DNA from: a virus
Virus record (IMG/VR): IMGVR_UViG_3300030107_006824
Span: 6,255 to 70,254 of that record
Reading direction: 5' to 3' (one strand)
Length of the DNA stretch: 64,000 nt
Positions 19,367 through 27,880 of this stretch are shown here, one piece after another. The position numbers were made by a program, and so were the translations under genes. The notes under the pieces are model-generated. The model searched no databases, was not told the DNA's origin, and worked only from the letters and a program-made list of their open reading frames with translations. Each line of letters starts with the position of its first letter. Positions within the stretch are counted from its first letter, which is position 1.

Positions 19367-19603
19367 ATGCTTACTAAAGACATTAAAATTGGGTTACGTG
19401 TTAAAGTCTTAACAAATAATATGACTGCATTAGTAGTGGGTGAGCCCGAATACTACACACCCAAAGCCAAACTAGTTCGGTTAAAGTACGAGAATAGTAC
19501 ACGATTTGAGTATATGATTAATAATCAAATCGAACCTTTATCATTAAATCAACAGTATCCAGCTCATGGCGGTACTTACGTTAAACCTGAATCCTCTTTC
19601 TAA
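19367..19603 (+). CDS. Small SH3/KOW-like beta-barrel protein
   Basis: DIKIGLRVKV...ALVVG pattern. Confidence 0.55.
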   Translation: MLTKDIKIGLRVKVLTNNMTALVVGEPEYYTPKAKLVRLKYENSTRFEYMINNQIEPLSLNQQYPAHGGTYVKPESSF

Positions 19604-19605
19604 TT

Positions 19606-19755
19606 ATGGAATACAAAGTCACTATGTACATTAAAGCTGTAACTCATCCACGAAAGTGGTTAGTTGAAGGTGTTAATGACATGCTCAATGAAGATGAAAG
19701 TGAGGATATCCTTGAATGGGAAATTGAGCCTATGGAGTATATTGACAATGGCTGA
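19606..19755 (+). CDS. Small hypothetical protein (49 aa)
   Basis: Manual translation MEYKVTMYIKAVTHPRKW... Confidence 0.5.
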   Translation: MEYKVTMYIKAVTHPRKWLVEGVNDMLNEDESEDILEWEIEPMEYIDNG

Positions 19756-20551
19756 AGCACAACCTGTTAATAAAGGCCATGCTTATGGCCGAAGACAGAA
19801 ACAAATTTCTAATACAGCTGAAGAAGGTGAACTTTGTCTTTATATAGGTCATTCTATTGGCAGGTTCTCTTGTCATTCCATGAGATATGACAGCCATCAA
19901 GCCTGTACTAGATGTGTTGCAGCTGCAAGAGAAGGTAGAATGTCACTCAATATTGACACTCTATTAAAACGTAATCGCATTAAAGCTCTTAAGTTCTGGA
20001 GTCAAGTTGATATCGGCTCACCAGATGAATGTTGGCCATGGAATGGATGTATTAATAAACGTACAAAACAACCTCAGTTTGCTTGGAGACGGCATGGCAT
20101 ATCCTCCTCAACACAGCATCATCCCCAAAGAGTGGCTATGTGGTTTAGTTGGGGTGATCTTGGTTTTGCTGGTGTTAAAACCACATGTGGCAATAAGTAT
20201 TGCTGTAATCCCTTCCATCTTATTCCTCAGCATCTTGGTGTATTTGTTGATCAGGAAAGTTATACCGACAATTTTGAAATGGCTTGTCAACTTCATACAT
20301 TAAAACAACAAGTATCAGAATATGTATTAGAGCAAGCATTATTAGAACAGGAGAAAGAGGAGGAATCTAATTTAGATCTACTTCCTGAAAACTATGAAGA
20401 ATTACTAATGAATCCAGATTCTCCTTTTGCTAAAAAATTTGAAGCAGTTATTGCTGAAATGTTAACTGGCAATCACGCTACTCAGATAACTTCTAAGGAC
20501 ACTTCATTATCTAATAAACCGATTGATAATTCTGAAGAAGAATCAGATTAA
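19748..20551 (+). CDS. HNH (His-Cys box) endonuclease homolog lacking the catalytic His
   Basis: FWSQVD...DECWPWNG, QRVAM, VKTTCGNKYCCNPFHL versus the usual VxHxCxNxxCVNPxHL. Confidence 0.7.
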   Translation: MAEAQPVNKGHAYGRRQKQISNTAEEGELCLYIGHSIGRFSCHSMRYDSHQACTRCVAAAREGRMSLNIDTLLKRNRIKALKFWSQVDIGSPDECWPWNGCINKRTKQPQFAWRRHGISSSTQHHPQRVAMWFSWGDLGFAGVKTTCGNKYCCNPFHLIPQHLGVFVDQESYTDNFEMACQLHTLKQQVSEYVLEQALLEQEKEEESNLDLLPENYEELLMNPDSPFAKKFEAVIAEMLTGNHATQITSKDTSLSNKPIDNSEEESD

Positions 20552-20615
20552 TCTTCACGTTAAAGCTCACATTTATAATAAATAACACTTATCCTTGTAA
20601 AAGAGTCATTCTATT

Positions 20616-21038
20616 ATGTCTAGACGTACTGATTTAATTCAACAACTTATTAGATCTAATAAATTTGGTGAAGAAAAAGAAAATGAGCAGAAGTTTTTAA
20701 CTGCAACTGCTGAATTAATTCTCACTGATTTAATTAATATAGCTATAAAGGGTGTCGAAAAAAATGGTGCTGGTTCACTTGTAATTAATCTCCAAGCCGG
20801 ATCTTCTGTTTTTATGTCAGGAAACGATATTCAAAAAGATCTAGCTACTGCAGAAACTCTAGAAGATACTGATACTATTAAATTTCTAAGACAGCTAATC
20901 AATGAAGTCGATCAGAATGACTGGTCTAAAAATGTACTAATTACATTATTATCTGAAAATGGAACAAAAACATTTGCAGTCGAAGCTGGTGGGAGCCAAG
21001 AGAGCCTCCGAACGCTTGCAGCAGAATTTACAGGATAA
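20616..21038 (+). CDS. Hypothetical protein
   Basis: 140-aa ORF. Confidence 0.65.
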   Translation: MSRRTDLIQQLIRSNKFGEEKENEQKFLTATAELILTDLINIAIKGVEKNGAGSLVINLQAGSSVFMSGNDIQKDLATAETLEDTDTIKFLRQLINEVDQNDWSKNVLITLLSENGTKTFAVEAGGSQESLRTLAAEFTG

Positions 21039-21624
21039 GTTAGAAGCGCAGGGTCTCAAATTACCCTTGTATCCAACCCCTCAAATCATTGAACGTGCTC
21101 GTCAAGTCATGGGATCTATTGACTTTGATCCCACTTCTGACCCTGTTCAACAAGTTCTTGTAGACGCAACAACGGTACCTTCAATAGAAATCAATCCACT
21201 ACAAGAACATTGGAAAGGAAATGTATTTGTTTCACCTAAAGGTGCAGTCAGGAATACTCGTATATGGTTAAATAAAACTATTAATGAATACCGTAATGGT
21301 TATGTAAAAAGCTTTATATTCTTTACAAGTGCTTCTGAGATACTTCGCGCATCGCCTGTTTTATGGGATTATCCTATTTGTATCCCCTTTAAACGAGTAA
21401 AGCAGCTAAGAGCTACTAAGAATGGATTTGAATCAGTATCTCCCTCGACTTGGAATTGTATTGCTTATGGTCCTCCATTAGATGTCACACTTAATAATGT
21501 AGATCGTATTGCACTTTTCTATAACAATTTTAGGGATATTGGAAGAGTAATTTACAATGAATATGCTGGAGATAGCTGGTCAAAGGATTTGACATTCTTT
21601 GAAGAGCAAAAAGGTAACGTTTAA
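20959..21624 (+). CDS. Phage Dam-like N6-adenine MTase homolog with degenerate catalytic motif
   Basis: YPTPQIIERARQVMGSIDFDPTS...WKGNVFVSPKG; SPKG sits where NPPY is expected. Confidence 0.7.
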   Translation: MEQKHLQSKLVGAKRASERLQQNLQDKLEAQGLKLPLYPTPQIIERARQVMGSIDFDPTSDPVQQVLVDATTVPSIEINPLQEHWKGNVFVSPKGAVRNTRIWLNKTINEYRNGYVKSFIFFTSASEILRASPVLWDYPICIPFKRVKQLRATKNGFESVSPSTWNCIAYGPPLDVTLNNVDRIALFYNNFRDIGRVIYNEYAGDSWSKDLTFFEEQKGNV

Positions 21625-22037
21625 TGTATAAAAACATATCAAAGGAATGTCTGATTACATTGCCTTCAGGTCAAGCAGTTCATCCGTGTAGGCTGATTTG
21701 CAGAGATGGCACTTTGATGTGGAAAAACGCTTTATTGCATGATAATGAATTTCTTGCTTTACCTCAATCAATGTCAGATGAATCTCATATCATCAAAACT
21801 GCACAACGATTGGAAGAACTTAATTCTTGGGCTTCCATTAATATGGAACCTTGGGAGTCTTTATTCCCTATTTATTGGTATGATCCCAATAATAAAGAAA
21901 TGAAACACGGTATAAGTGTATATTTTATACATCGTATATTGCCAATCAAAGAAACATTTAATAAGCTCATTGACCATATTCAAGAACATGAAGTTCTTGA
22001 ACTTAAACAAAGCTATATCTTTTTCAAACGTTGTTGA
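21624..22037 (+). CDS. Degenerate peptidase M15-like protein
   Basis: TLMW...P...HIIKTAQRLEEL...WYDP...HGISVYF aligns by eye to NFTW...NIIxLAxxLE...WYRP...HxxGxAVDF without the Zn ligands. Confidence 0.5.
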   Translation: MYKNISKECLITLPSGQAVHPCRLICRDGTLMWKNALLHDNEFLALPQSMSDESHIIKTAQRLEELNSWASINMEPWESLFPIYWYDPNNKEMKHGISVYFIHRILPIKETFNKLIDHIQEHEVLELKQSYIFFKRC

Positions 22038-22041
22038 TTCC

Positions 22042-22057
22042 GCCACCTTTCGGTGGC
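22042..22057. terminator. Hairpin between convergent genes (copy 4 of the repeated hairpin)
   Basis: GCCACC-TTTC-GGTGGC, identical to 2693-2708. Confidence 0.6.
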
Positions 22058-22061
22058 TTAC

Positions 22062-22388
22062 CTATTCAGTGATCTTATCGATCAACCTCCTTAGGTACCA
22101 TTCAGCTTTTTTGGCATCTTGTTCAATATTATCTTTATGCCAAAGCCTAAGAATATATTTTAATACTTGTCCTTGCAGAAAACCTAGTGTAGAATCAGGT
22201 GAATCCTTTATTGCATCCTCGATTACATCAATAGCTTCATACTTGCCTGATGTATAGTGTGCTGGGTTATTAACCAGATCCAATTCTACACAACCCTCGT
22301 CTGACCTATGTAATTTTAATTTTGCATCATATACCGATTCCGCTTCTTTCTTGTAGCGGTTTTTTTCCCATTCAGTTTCCCAATGCAT
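22062..22388 (-). CDS. DUF3310 (SaV-like) protein
   Basis: VNNPAHY..G..EAIDVI...GQVLKY..R..HK...QDAKKAEWYL. Confidence 0.9.
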   Translation of the reverse strand: MHWETEWEKNRYKKEAESVYDAKLKLHRSDEGCVELDLVNNPAHYTSGKYEAIDVIEDAIKDSPDSTLGFLQGQVLKYILRLWHKDNIEQDAKKAEWYLRRLIDKITE

Positions 22389-22450
22389 ATCTACTCACAA
22401 TAAACTATTTACCTACCTAATATAGGAATAAATGTATGATAATGTGACTT

Positions 22451-23014
22451 ATGCCATCTCCTAAAGGCGATCCAACTTATATAAAAAACAAAGATAGATT
22501 CTATCTTGAAATATGTAAACTATTAGCAAAAGCTTCCACTCACCCGATGGCTCCTGGTGGTTGTGTTATTGTACGCGATCGTGAAATTATAGGAGATGGT
22601 CGAAGTCTTTTAGCTAGCTGCAAAGTTGAATTAGATTGCATTTCATATGCAATTGCTACAGCCGCTAAACGTGGTACACCTCTTGTTGGAGCTATTTTAT
22701 ACAGTACTAGATACCCATTTTCTACTGCTGTTTTTCAATGTTATCTCATGGGCATTAGAAAAATAGTAATACTTGCTCATGACTGGGAGCCTTTTTATAA
22801 AGATGAATTTAGACGTGCTGCACGTTTAGCACGAGAACTTGCCATTTCGATTGAACCATATCATGAAGATGAAGACAAACGTTTTACAGTTAACAAACAA
22901 CCGGAGAAGAACGATGAACCGGAGGCATGGATCACTTGTAACTCATTTGAACAAGACGAATTTGATCCCGAATCTGCAGAAACAATCTATGATGAAGACT
23001 CAACTAATTTTTGA
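22451..23014 (+). CDS. dCMP-deaminase-fold protein lacking Zn ligands
   Basis: GCVIVRD..IIGDG scaffold; HAE replaced by DCI and PCxxC by PFSTA. Confidence 0.7.
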   Translation: MPSPKGDPTYIKNKDRFYLEICKLLAKASTHPMAPGGCVIVRDREIIGDGRSLLASCKVELDCISYAIATAAKRGTPLVGAILYSTRYPFSTAVFQCYLMGIRKIVILAHDWEPFYKDEFRRAARLARELAISIEPYHEDEDKRFTVNKQPEKNDEPEAWITCNSFEQDEFDPESAETIYDEDSTNF

Positions 23015-23534
23015 CTTAGAAAGTACAGGGCTATTACGGCAGGGCTCTTCAATACATTGTATTGTTTTGCGTAATTTAAATAATGCAGAGTCCCCTGTTA
23101 TATTCGATCATCAACCAGATCGAGATCTTAATATAGCTATTCAACAATTACAATCAGCTGACTTACTTATTGGCCACAATATTATAGGGTTTGACATTCC
23201 GTTAATTAAAGAGCAATTCCCTGATTTCAATTTTCAAGGTGAACTCTTAGATACTCTTGTCTTAAGTAGAACTCTTTATCCTAATATCATTAATCGAGAT
23301 TATGAAATTAGACCTAAGGATATGCCTCAAAGACTTTACGGGCGTCATAGCCTAGAAGCTTGGGGGTATCGTCTTAAATGCTTCAAAGGTGATTTTGGTA
23401 AGCACGAAGGAGCTTGGGATACTTATACGCCAGAAATGCTTGATTATTGTATTGGAGATACACAAGTAACACTTAAACTTTATGAACGCCTGATGAGAAA
23501 AATTAATGAGCACGATGCCCAAATTCACGCCTGA
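22989..23534 (+). CDS. Stand-alone 3'-5' proofreading exonuclease (T7 gp5 N-domain-like)
   Basis: FDLEST, IGHNIIGFD, HSLEAWGYRL, YCIGD. Confidence 0.92.
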   Translation: MMKTQLIFDLESTGLLRQGSSIHCIVLRNLNNAESPVIFDHQPDRDLNIAIQQLQSADLLIGHNIIGFDIPLIKEQFPDFNFQGELLDTLVLSRTLYPNIINRDYEIRPKDMPQRLYGRHSLEAWGYRLKCFKGDFGKHEGAWDTYTPEMLDYCIGDTQVTLKLYERLMRKINEHDAQIHA

Positions 23535-23652
23535 ATTCATTGCTTGGTTAGATCAATGTCCTTGTAATTGGATGTGGCTCCAACATGAAGAATATAATTG
23601 TACCTATAAGTTCTACTTCAAAAATGAGGAAACTGATGACAACGATTCCTGA
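23506..23652 (+). CDS. Small hypothetical protein (48 aa) between the exonuclease and polymerase genes
   Basis: Manual translation MSTMPKFTPEFIAWLDQCPCNW...; overlaps both neighbours. Confidence 0.55.
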   Translation: MSTMPKFTPEFIAWLDQCPCNWMWLQHEEYNCTYKFYFKNEETDDNDS

Positions 23653-24961
23653 TTATGTACATCTTGAAATGCGAATGGCTGAACTTATGTCTCAGCAAGA
23701 AGCTTCCGGCTTTAAATTCGATTTACAAGCCGCTGAACGTGTAAGAAGTGAACTCGCTATAGAGGCTAAAAGTATTGAAGAAAAAATTGCTACTCAATAT
23801 TTATATGTTCCTGGTAAAGTCTTTACGCCTAAACGTAACGACAAAAAGAATGGGTATGTGAGCGGATCACCAATGACAAAGCTTATCCCTTTCAATCCAA
23901 CTTCACGTCAGCATATAGCTTGGGCATTGCAGACTTTTAGAGGTGCCCGATTCACTAAGCAGACCGATACTGGTAAACCCAAAGTCGATGAAGCTACCTT
24001 ATCTGAAGTAAGAGATGTAGCATTAACTCAAGACAATAAAGAATTGTATGAAGAATGTGAAATGTTTATTCGCTTGTTAACTCTACAGAAATGGATGGGT
24101 CAACTAAGTGAAGGCACTAACTCCTGGTTTAATACAATCGGACACGATGGCTGTATTCATCACACCTGCTCACTAGCCACACAAACAGGGCGTAACGCTC
24201 ACCGTAACCCCAACCTGGGGCAGGTCGTAAGTGCTCCTTGGGCAAGAGAATTATTTATTCCTCACTCTGGACATGTAATGGTTGGTAGTGATTTAGAAGG
24301 GATAGAATTGAGATGCTTAGGGCATTATTTGTCGGCCTGGGATGATGGCAATTTCGCTAACGTTGTGGTCAATGGTGACATACACCAGCAGAATGCTGAT
24401 CGTATTACTTCTTCTGAATTTCCTGTTACAAGATCGCAAGCCAAGGTTCTTTCATATGCATTTATTTATGGTGCTGGTGATCTCAAACTTGGCCACAGTT
24501 TGGCACCAGAACTATCTGATGCACGTAAAAAGTCTCTCGGAAAAGAGATAAGAAGGAAGTTTCTTGATGCTATTCCTGGACTTGAACCTTTGATTGATGC
24601 TGTTAAACAAAAGGTGCGTGATAAGGGTCAGCTACTTGGTCTAGATCGAAGGCCTATACAATGTGACGCAGAGCATAAAAGTTTGAACTTCTTACTCCAA
24701 AGTGCTGGGGCAATAATTTCAAAGCGATTTGTAGTCATTGGGCAAGAGCTAATTGATGAAGCTGGTTTGACATATAATAGTGATTACACTCGATGTGCTT
24801 ACGTACATGATGAAGTTCAATTATCTGTAGTACCTTCAGAAGCAAAACGTGTCAGTGACTTATTAGTTAAAGCTGCACCCTTAGCTGGACAGTATTACAA
24901 GTTCAGAGTTCCCATCACAGCTAGTGCATCAGTTGGAAATAACTGGGCAGAAACCCATTAA
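23636..24961 (+). CDS. polA: DNA polymerase family A, polymerase domain only (Tyr762 type)
   Basis: DLEGIELR (motif A), RSQAKVLSYAFIYG (motif B), YVHDE (motif C), FNPTSRQHI; GAGGA RBS before 23636. Confidence 0.95.
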   Translation: MTTIPDYVHLEMRMAELMSQQEASGFKFDLQAAERVRSELAIEAKSIEEKIATQYLYVPGKVFTPKRNDKKNGYVSGSPMTKLIPFNPTSRQHIAWALQTFRGARFTKQTDTGKPKVDEATLSEVRDVALTQDNKELYEECEMFIRLLTLQKWMGQLSEGTNSWFNTIGHDGCIHHTCSLATQTGRNAHRNPNLGQVVSAPWARELFIPHSGHVMVGSDLEGIELRCLGHYLSAWDDGNFANVVVNGDIHQQNADRITSSEFPVTRSQAKVLSYAFIYGAGDLKLGHSLAPELSDARKKSLGKEIRRKFLDAIPGLEPLIDAVKQKVRDKGQLLGLDRRPIQCDAEHKSLNFLLQSAGAIISKRFVVIGQELIDEAGLTYNSDYTRCAYVHDEVQLSVVPSEAKRVSDLLVKAAPLAGQYYKFRVPITASASVGNNWAETH

Positions 24962-24965
24962 TATT

Positions 24966-25163
24966 ATGAACGAAAAAGAAGTCCAAGCTTTGATAGATGC
25001 AGCCATTACAAGACATAATCGCAATGCCAGCCTTATTAGCTTCGTGCTTGGCTGGATCATTCTCGCGTTATTTATGGATGGTTTATTCAGACTACTTGGA
25101 CTTATTCCACCCTTCATGGGAATTGATATAAACCTCTTACCTAAAATCGCAGAACTACTATGA
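24966..25163 (+). CDS. Small membrane protein of a cyanobacterial/cyanophage family
   Basis: IDAAITRHNRNA followed by a TM segment. Confidence 0.65.
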   Translation: MNEKEVQALIDAAITRHNRNASLISFVLGWIILALFMDGLFRLLGLIPPFMGIDINLLPKIAELL

Positions 25164-25420
25164 ACCAGAAAGATATTGATGCAGTTAATGCTAGCTCAGC
25201 AGAGCAAGGGCACAGACTACGGCTAGAAGAAGGCTGCCTAGATCCAACAATGCCATCCTCTGAAGTTGCTTATAATAACGAAGAAGAGATGGCTCGTCAC
25301 ATCTTCGGCACACAGCTTCAGAACGTTGCTGATAAAGTCAACGGCACAATCATCTACCAGACTATACTTAATAGTAAAGGAGAAGAATCAAAGCGCATCA
25401 TTATCGAGTATTCAGCTTAA
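25160..25420 (+). CDS. Hypothetical protein
   Basis: ATGA-coupled; ends SKRIIIEY. Confidence 0.6.
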   Translation: MNQKDIDAVNASSAEQGHRLRLEEGCLDPTMPSSEVAYNNEEEMARHIFGTQLQNVADKVNGTIIYQTILNSKGEESKRIIIEYSA

Positions 25421-26061
25421 TTATATACATGCTGATTAAGGGCATAAAGCATTGCCTCTTCGTGCTCAGTCATCTTATTCTGTTGGTTAGCTGTACCTGC
25501 AGCAAAACCTCCTCCTGCTAATCCTACTGCAGCTGCTAATAATAATAATTGATCTAACTCCTTATTGGTTAAATCAAAGTCTACACCAGTTTTTATAGAT
25601 TCATTATTTAGCAAATCATTAATACTAGCCTGAACGTCATTAGTTAATTTAGGATCGACTGTTTCTACATAATCTTGTTTATAATTTTCACCTTTAGTTA
25701 ATTCTTGCTTAGCAGCTAATCTACTTCTTTGTCTTTCCAATGCAGCGTCTGCATCTTCAGCCTTTTGTGATACTCCTTGACGAGGCTTTATACCGTAAAA
25801 CCTACGCATGTCATCACCTACTATTATCATTGGCTCGGTGTTCATCTCCCACCTGTCGTTTGAATTCCGAGCTGCTGCTATTACTGCTTGATCAGGAAAT
25901 AAACCCATATCATACATTTCATTTTTTATTAGCATTGCAGCTTTCAATGCCTCAAATTCTTGCTCATTAATACTTGGAGTTATCCCCATATATCGGCCAT
26001 GCATTCTTGCCGTATCATCTAGATCAGCGTTTAATTGTCCACCACGAAACTTTCTAGCCAT
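25417..26061 (-). CDS. Hypothetical protein with Gly/Ala hydrophobic segment, possibly virion-associated
   Basis: TAAAAT upstream; LLLAAAVGLAGGG. Confidence 0.55.
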   Translation of the reverse strand: MARKFRGGQLNADLDDTARMHGRYMGITPSINEQEFEALKAAMLIKNEMYDMGLFPDQAVIAAARNSNDRWEMNTEPMIIVGDDMRRFYGIKPRQGVSQKAEDADAALERQRSRLAAKQELTKGENYKQDYVETVDPKLTNDVQASINDLLNNESIKTGVDFDLTNKELDQLLLLAAAVGLAGGGFAAGTANQQNKMTEHEEAMLYALNQHVYN

Positions 26062-26109
26062 TACATTAATTGCACATATTTTCTATTTTATCGTTACAAT
26101 AAAAGAGTA

Positions 26110-26163
26110 CGTTCATCAGCATTAGCTGACGCAAGTAGGCTCAAGATAGGAGCTGAAGGAACG
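26110..26163 (+). promoter_or_regulatory. Glutamine riboswitch, glnA (class I) type
   Basis: P1 CGUUC/GAACG, P2 UCAGC/GCUGA, E-loop AGUA/GAA, P3 GGCUC/GAGCU; TACAAT -10 at 26095-26100. Confidence 0.88.
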
Positions 26164-26195
26164 GGATTATTATCCAAATCTACCGGAGTAATCCA

Positions 26196-26342
26196 ATGTC
26201 TTCTGTACAAGTACAAGGCCTTGTGGCCGCACGCAATAAGCAACTTCGTAGTGAGCGTGAGTTTCATGCTGCTCGCTTGCGTGAACTCAACAAGCACAAA
26301 GAAACTACTTTCACCTACAGAGGTGTCCCTTACACTAAATAA
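26196..26342 (+). CDS. YRG-motif (DUF4278 / GS-inactivating-factor-like) peptide, 48 aa
   Basis: GGAG RBS; MSSVQVQGLVAARNKQLRSEREFHAARLRELNKHKETTFTYRGVPYTK downstream of the riboswitch. Confidence 0.8.
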   Translation: MSSVQVQGLVAARNKQLRSEREFHAARLRELNKHKETTFTYRGVPYTK

Positions 26343-26370
26343 TGTGTTGTTACAACTGAAGTAGTTACAC

Positions 26371-26395
26371 AAGGGGGCTAATAGCTCCCTTATTT
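26371..26395 (+). terminator. Terminator after the YRG peptide
   Basis: AAGGGGGCT-AAT-AGCTCCCTT. Confidence 0.65.
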
Positions 26396-26452
26396 GTTAA
26401 CTATAATAAAGTTTATGCAGGCAATCGGTTTGCATTATATTTATTTAATAAA

Positions 26453-26848
26453 ATGATTTCTATTCTTTCAAAAACTACCGCACTCTGTATCGCTAGTTTT
26501 TTTGTAGCTGGATCAGCAATCGCTGGTACTTCCCCTTATGTGAACATTGAAAATAACACAGGCTTTACTGGTCTGGATGAATTCCTTGGTGGTGCTACTG
26601 ATCTTCACGTCGGCGTTCAAACTGATCTTGGAGACGCAGGGCTTCTGTACCTACAAGGTGGTCCTCGACTTGATCATGTTAAAGATCAAGATATGGAACA
26701 AGAGTACTCAGCTAAATTGGGCGCAAGCATTGATCTTTCTGACCAGTTCAATCTCTATGGTGAAGTGCTTGCCGTAACGAATGATAAAGAATTCTCTACT
26801 GATACATTTGATTTCGGTACAAAGATTGGCGTTAAGTTCGTCTTCTGA
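26453..26848 (+). CDS. Outer-membrane beta-barrel protein (picocyanobacterial porin-like family)
   Basis: Signal peptide, PYVNIENN, alternating beta-strands, C-terminal GVKFVF BAM signal. Confidence 0.8.
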   Translation: MISILSKTTALCIASFFVAGSAIAGTSPYVNIENNTGFTGLDEFLGGATDLHVGVQTDLGDAGLLYLQGGPRLDHVKDQDMEQEYSAKLGASIDLSDQFNLYGEVLAVTNDKEFSTDTFDFGTKIGVKFVF

Positions 26849-26867
26849 TATCAATTAAACAACTAAA

Positions 26868-26897
26868 TCCCCCCCCTGCTATCGCAGGGGTTTTTTT
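26868..26897 (+). terminator. Rho-independent terminator
   Basis: CCCCTGC-TATC-GCAGGGG plus T7. Confidence 0.8.
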
Positions 26898-26940
26898 ATG
26901 TTCTTACTATAATTAATATATGTAGTAAATAATAATAATA

Positions 26941-27726
26941 ATGGATTATATACAAACTAAGCCTGTATTTACTAAAAATGATGATGGTAGCTTCACTCCT
27001 ACAGAAGAAGCTCACCTTCTAAATGATATATTCTCTATGATTTCTGGTAAACCTAAAAGTACTATAAGTCCTTTTAGAATTCCAGAAGCAGGCTTTGGCC
27101 AGGGTGGTGGCTTTATTACTTATGATGAACCTAATAAAGCGCATGTTGACCCTTTAAACAAGTCAGGTCACGTACTGGCTCATGAACTTGCTCATATTCA
27201 TTTGCAAACTGATCTTGATAAAAAGAAGGCTGATGATCATTTAAACTCACGCGATCCTATGAAGCCAGGAGATATTCCTCCGCTGCATAATCCTAATAAA
27301 GGTGCAGGGCTTAGACATCATTATGAAATGTATATAGCGCCTACTCTAATTGAAGAGGCTAGTGCTCAAGGTGGAGCATACGCAGCGATGGAGCTTTTGG
27401 GGTACGGTAGTCCTGAAATACAGCAAGCAGAGCGGAAAAAAAGAACAAAATGGGATACTCCTATAGCATATCCTCAAGATTTTACTAATAAATATATAAA
27501 CCGGCTAAAAATCACCCCCTTCCATGAAAAATCGCGTAAAGATCCTGGTTGGCAACAAGAGCTTGATAAGATTAATGAAAATGCAGGTATAAGAGCCAAG
27601 CGTCAGTTTGAAAAATCAAGAGACGAAGTTCTAAACTTTATTCCTGATGGGGGTGGCGGTCACACACTAAAAGATATATCCTCCGGTATTCGGGGCTTAG
27701 CAACTTCTTTAGCAAACAAATTATAA
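26941..27726 (+). CDS. Zincin-like metallopeptidase
   Basis: LAHELAH (HExxH) with downstream EExxA. Confidence 0.7.
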   Translation: MDYIQTKPVFTKNDDGSFTPTEEAHLLNDIFSMISGKPKSTISPFRIPEAGFGQGGGFITYDEPNKAHVDPLNKSGHVLAHELAHIHLQTDLDKKKADDHLNSRDPMKPGDIPPLHNPNKGAGLRHHYEMYIAPTLIEEASAQGGAYAAMELLGYGSPEIQQAERKKRTKWDTPIAYPQDFTNKYINRLKITPFHEKSRKDPGWQQELDKINENAGIRAKRQFEKSRDEVLNFIPDGGGGHTLKDISSGIRGLATSLANKL

Positions 27727-27733
27727 TTATTAT

Positions 27734-27880
27734 TTATCGGAATGCCTGAGTAAAGCTTGGCATATAAGTACCCTCAGACTTTAACTGCCTAGCTCTTGCT
27801 AGTTCTGCACCTTTTCTTCGCATTCTTTCTTGTTGAATTGCTATACCTCCAGTAAAGCCACCAGTACCTTCTCTTCTGCT
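27734..27880 (-). pseudogene. Start-less 3' remnant of a homolog of ORF 27895-28212
   Basis: SRREGTGGFTGGIAIQQERMR...YMP versus RRPGTGGFTGGRRIQQERLR...YLP. Confidence 0.8.

Noticed and set aside
23534-23636. Group I intron or frameshift joining exonuclease and polymerase
   Set aside because: The gap is only about 100 nt, is filled by a coupled small ORF, and polA has its own RBS.
26035-26372. ORF-track calls 26035-26364 (+) and 26094-26372 (-)
   Set aside because: They overlap the riboswitch and the better-supported YRG peptide ORF at 26196-26342.
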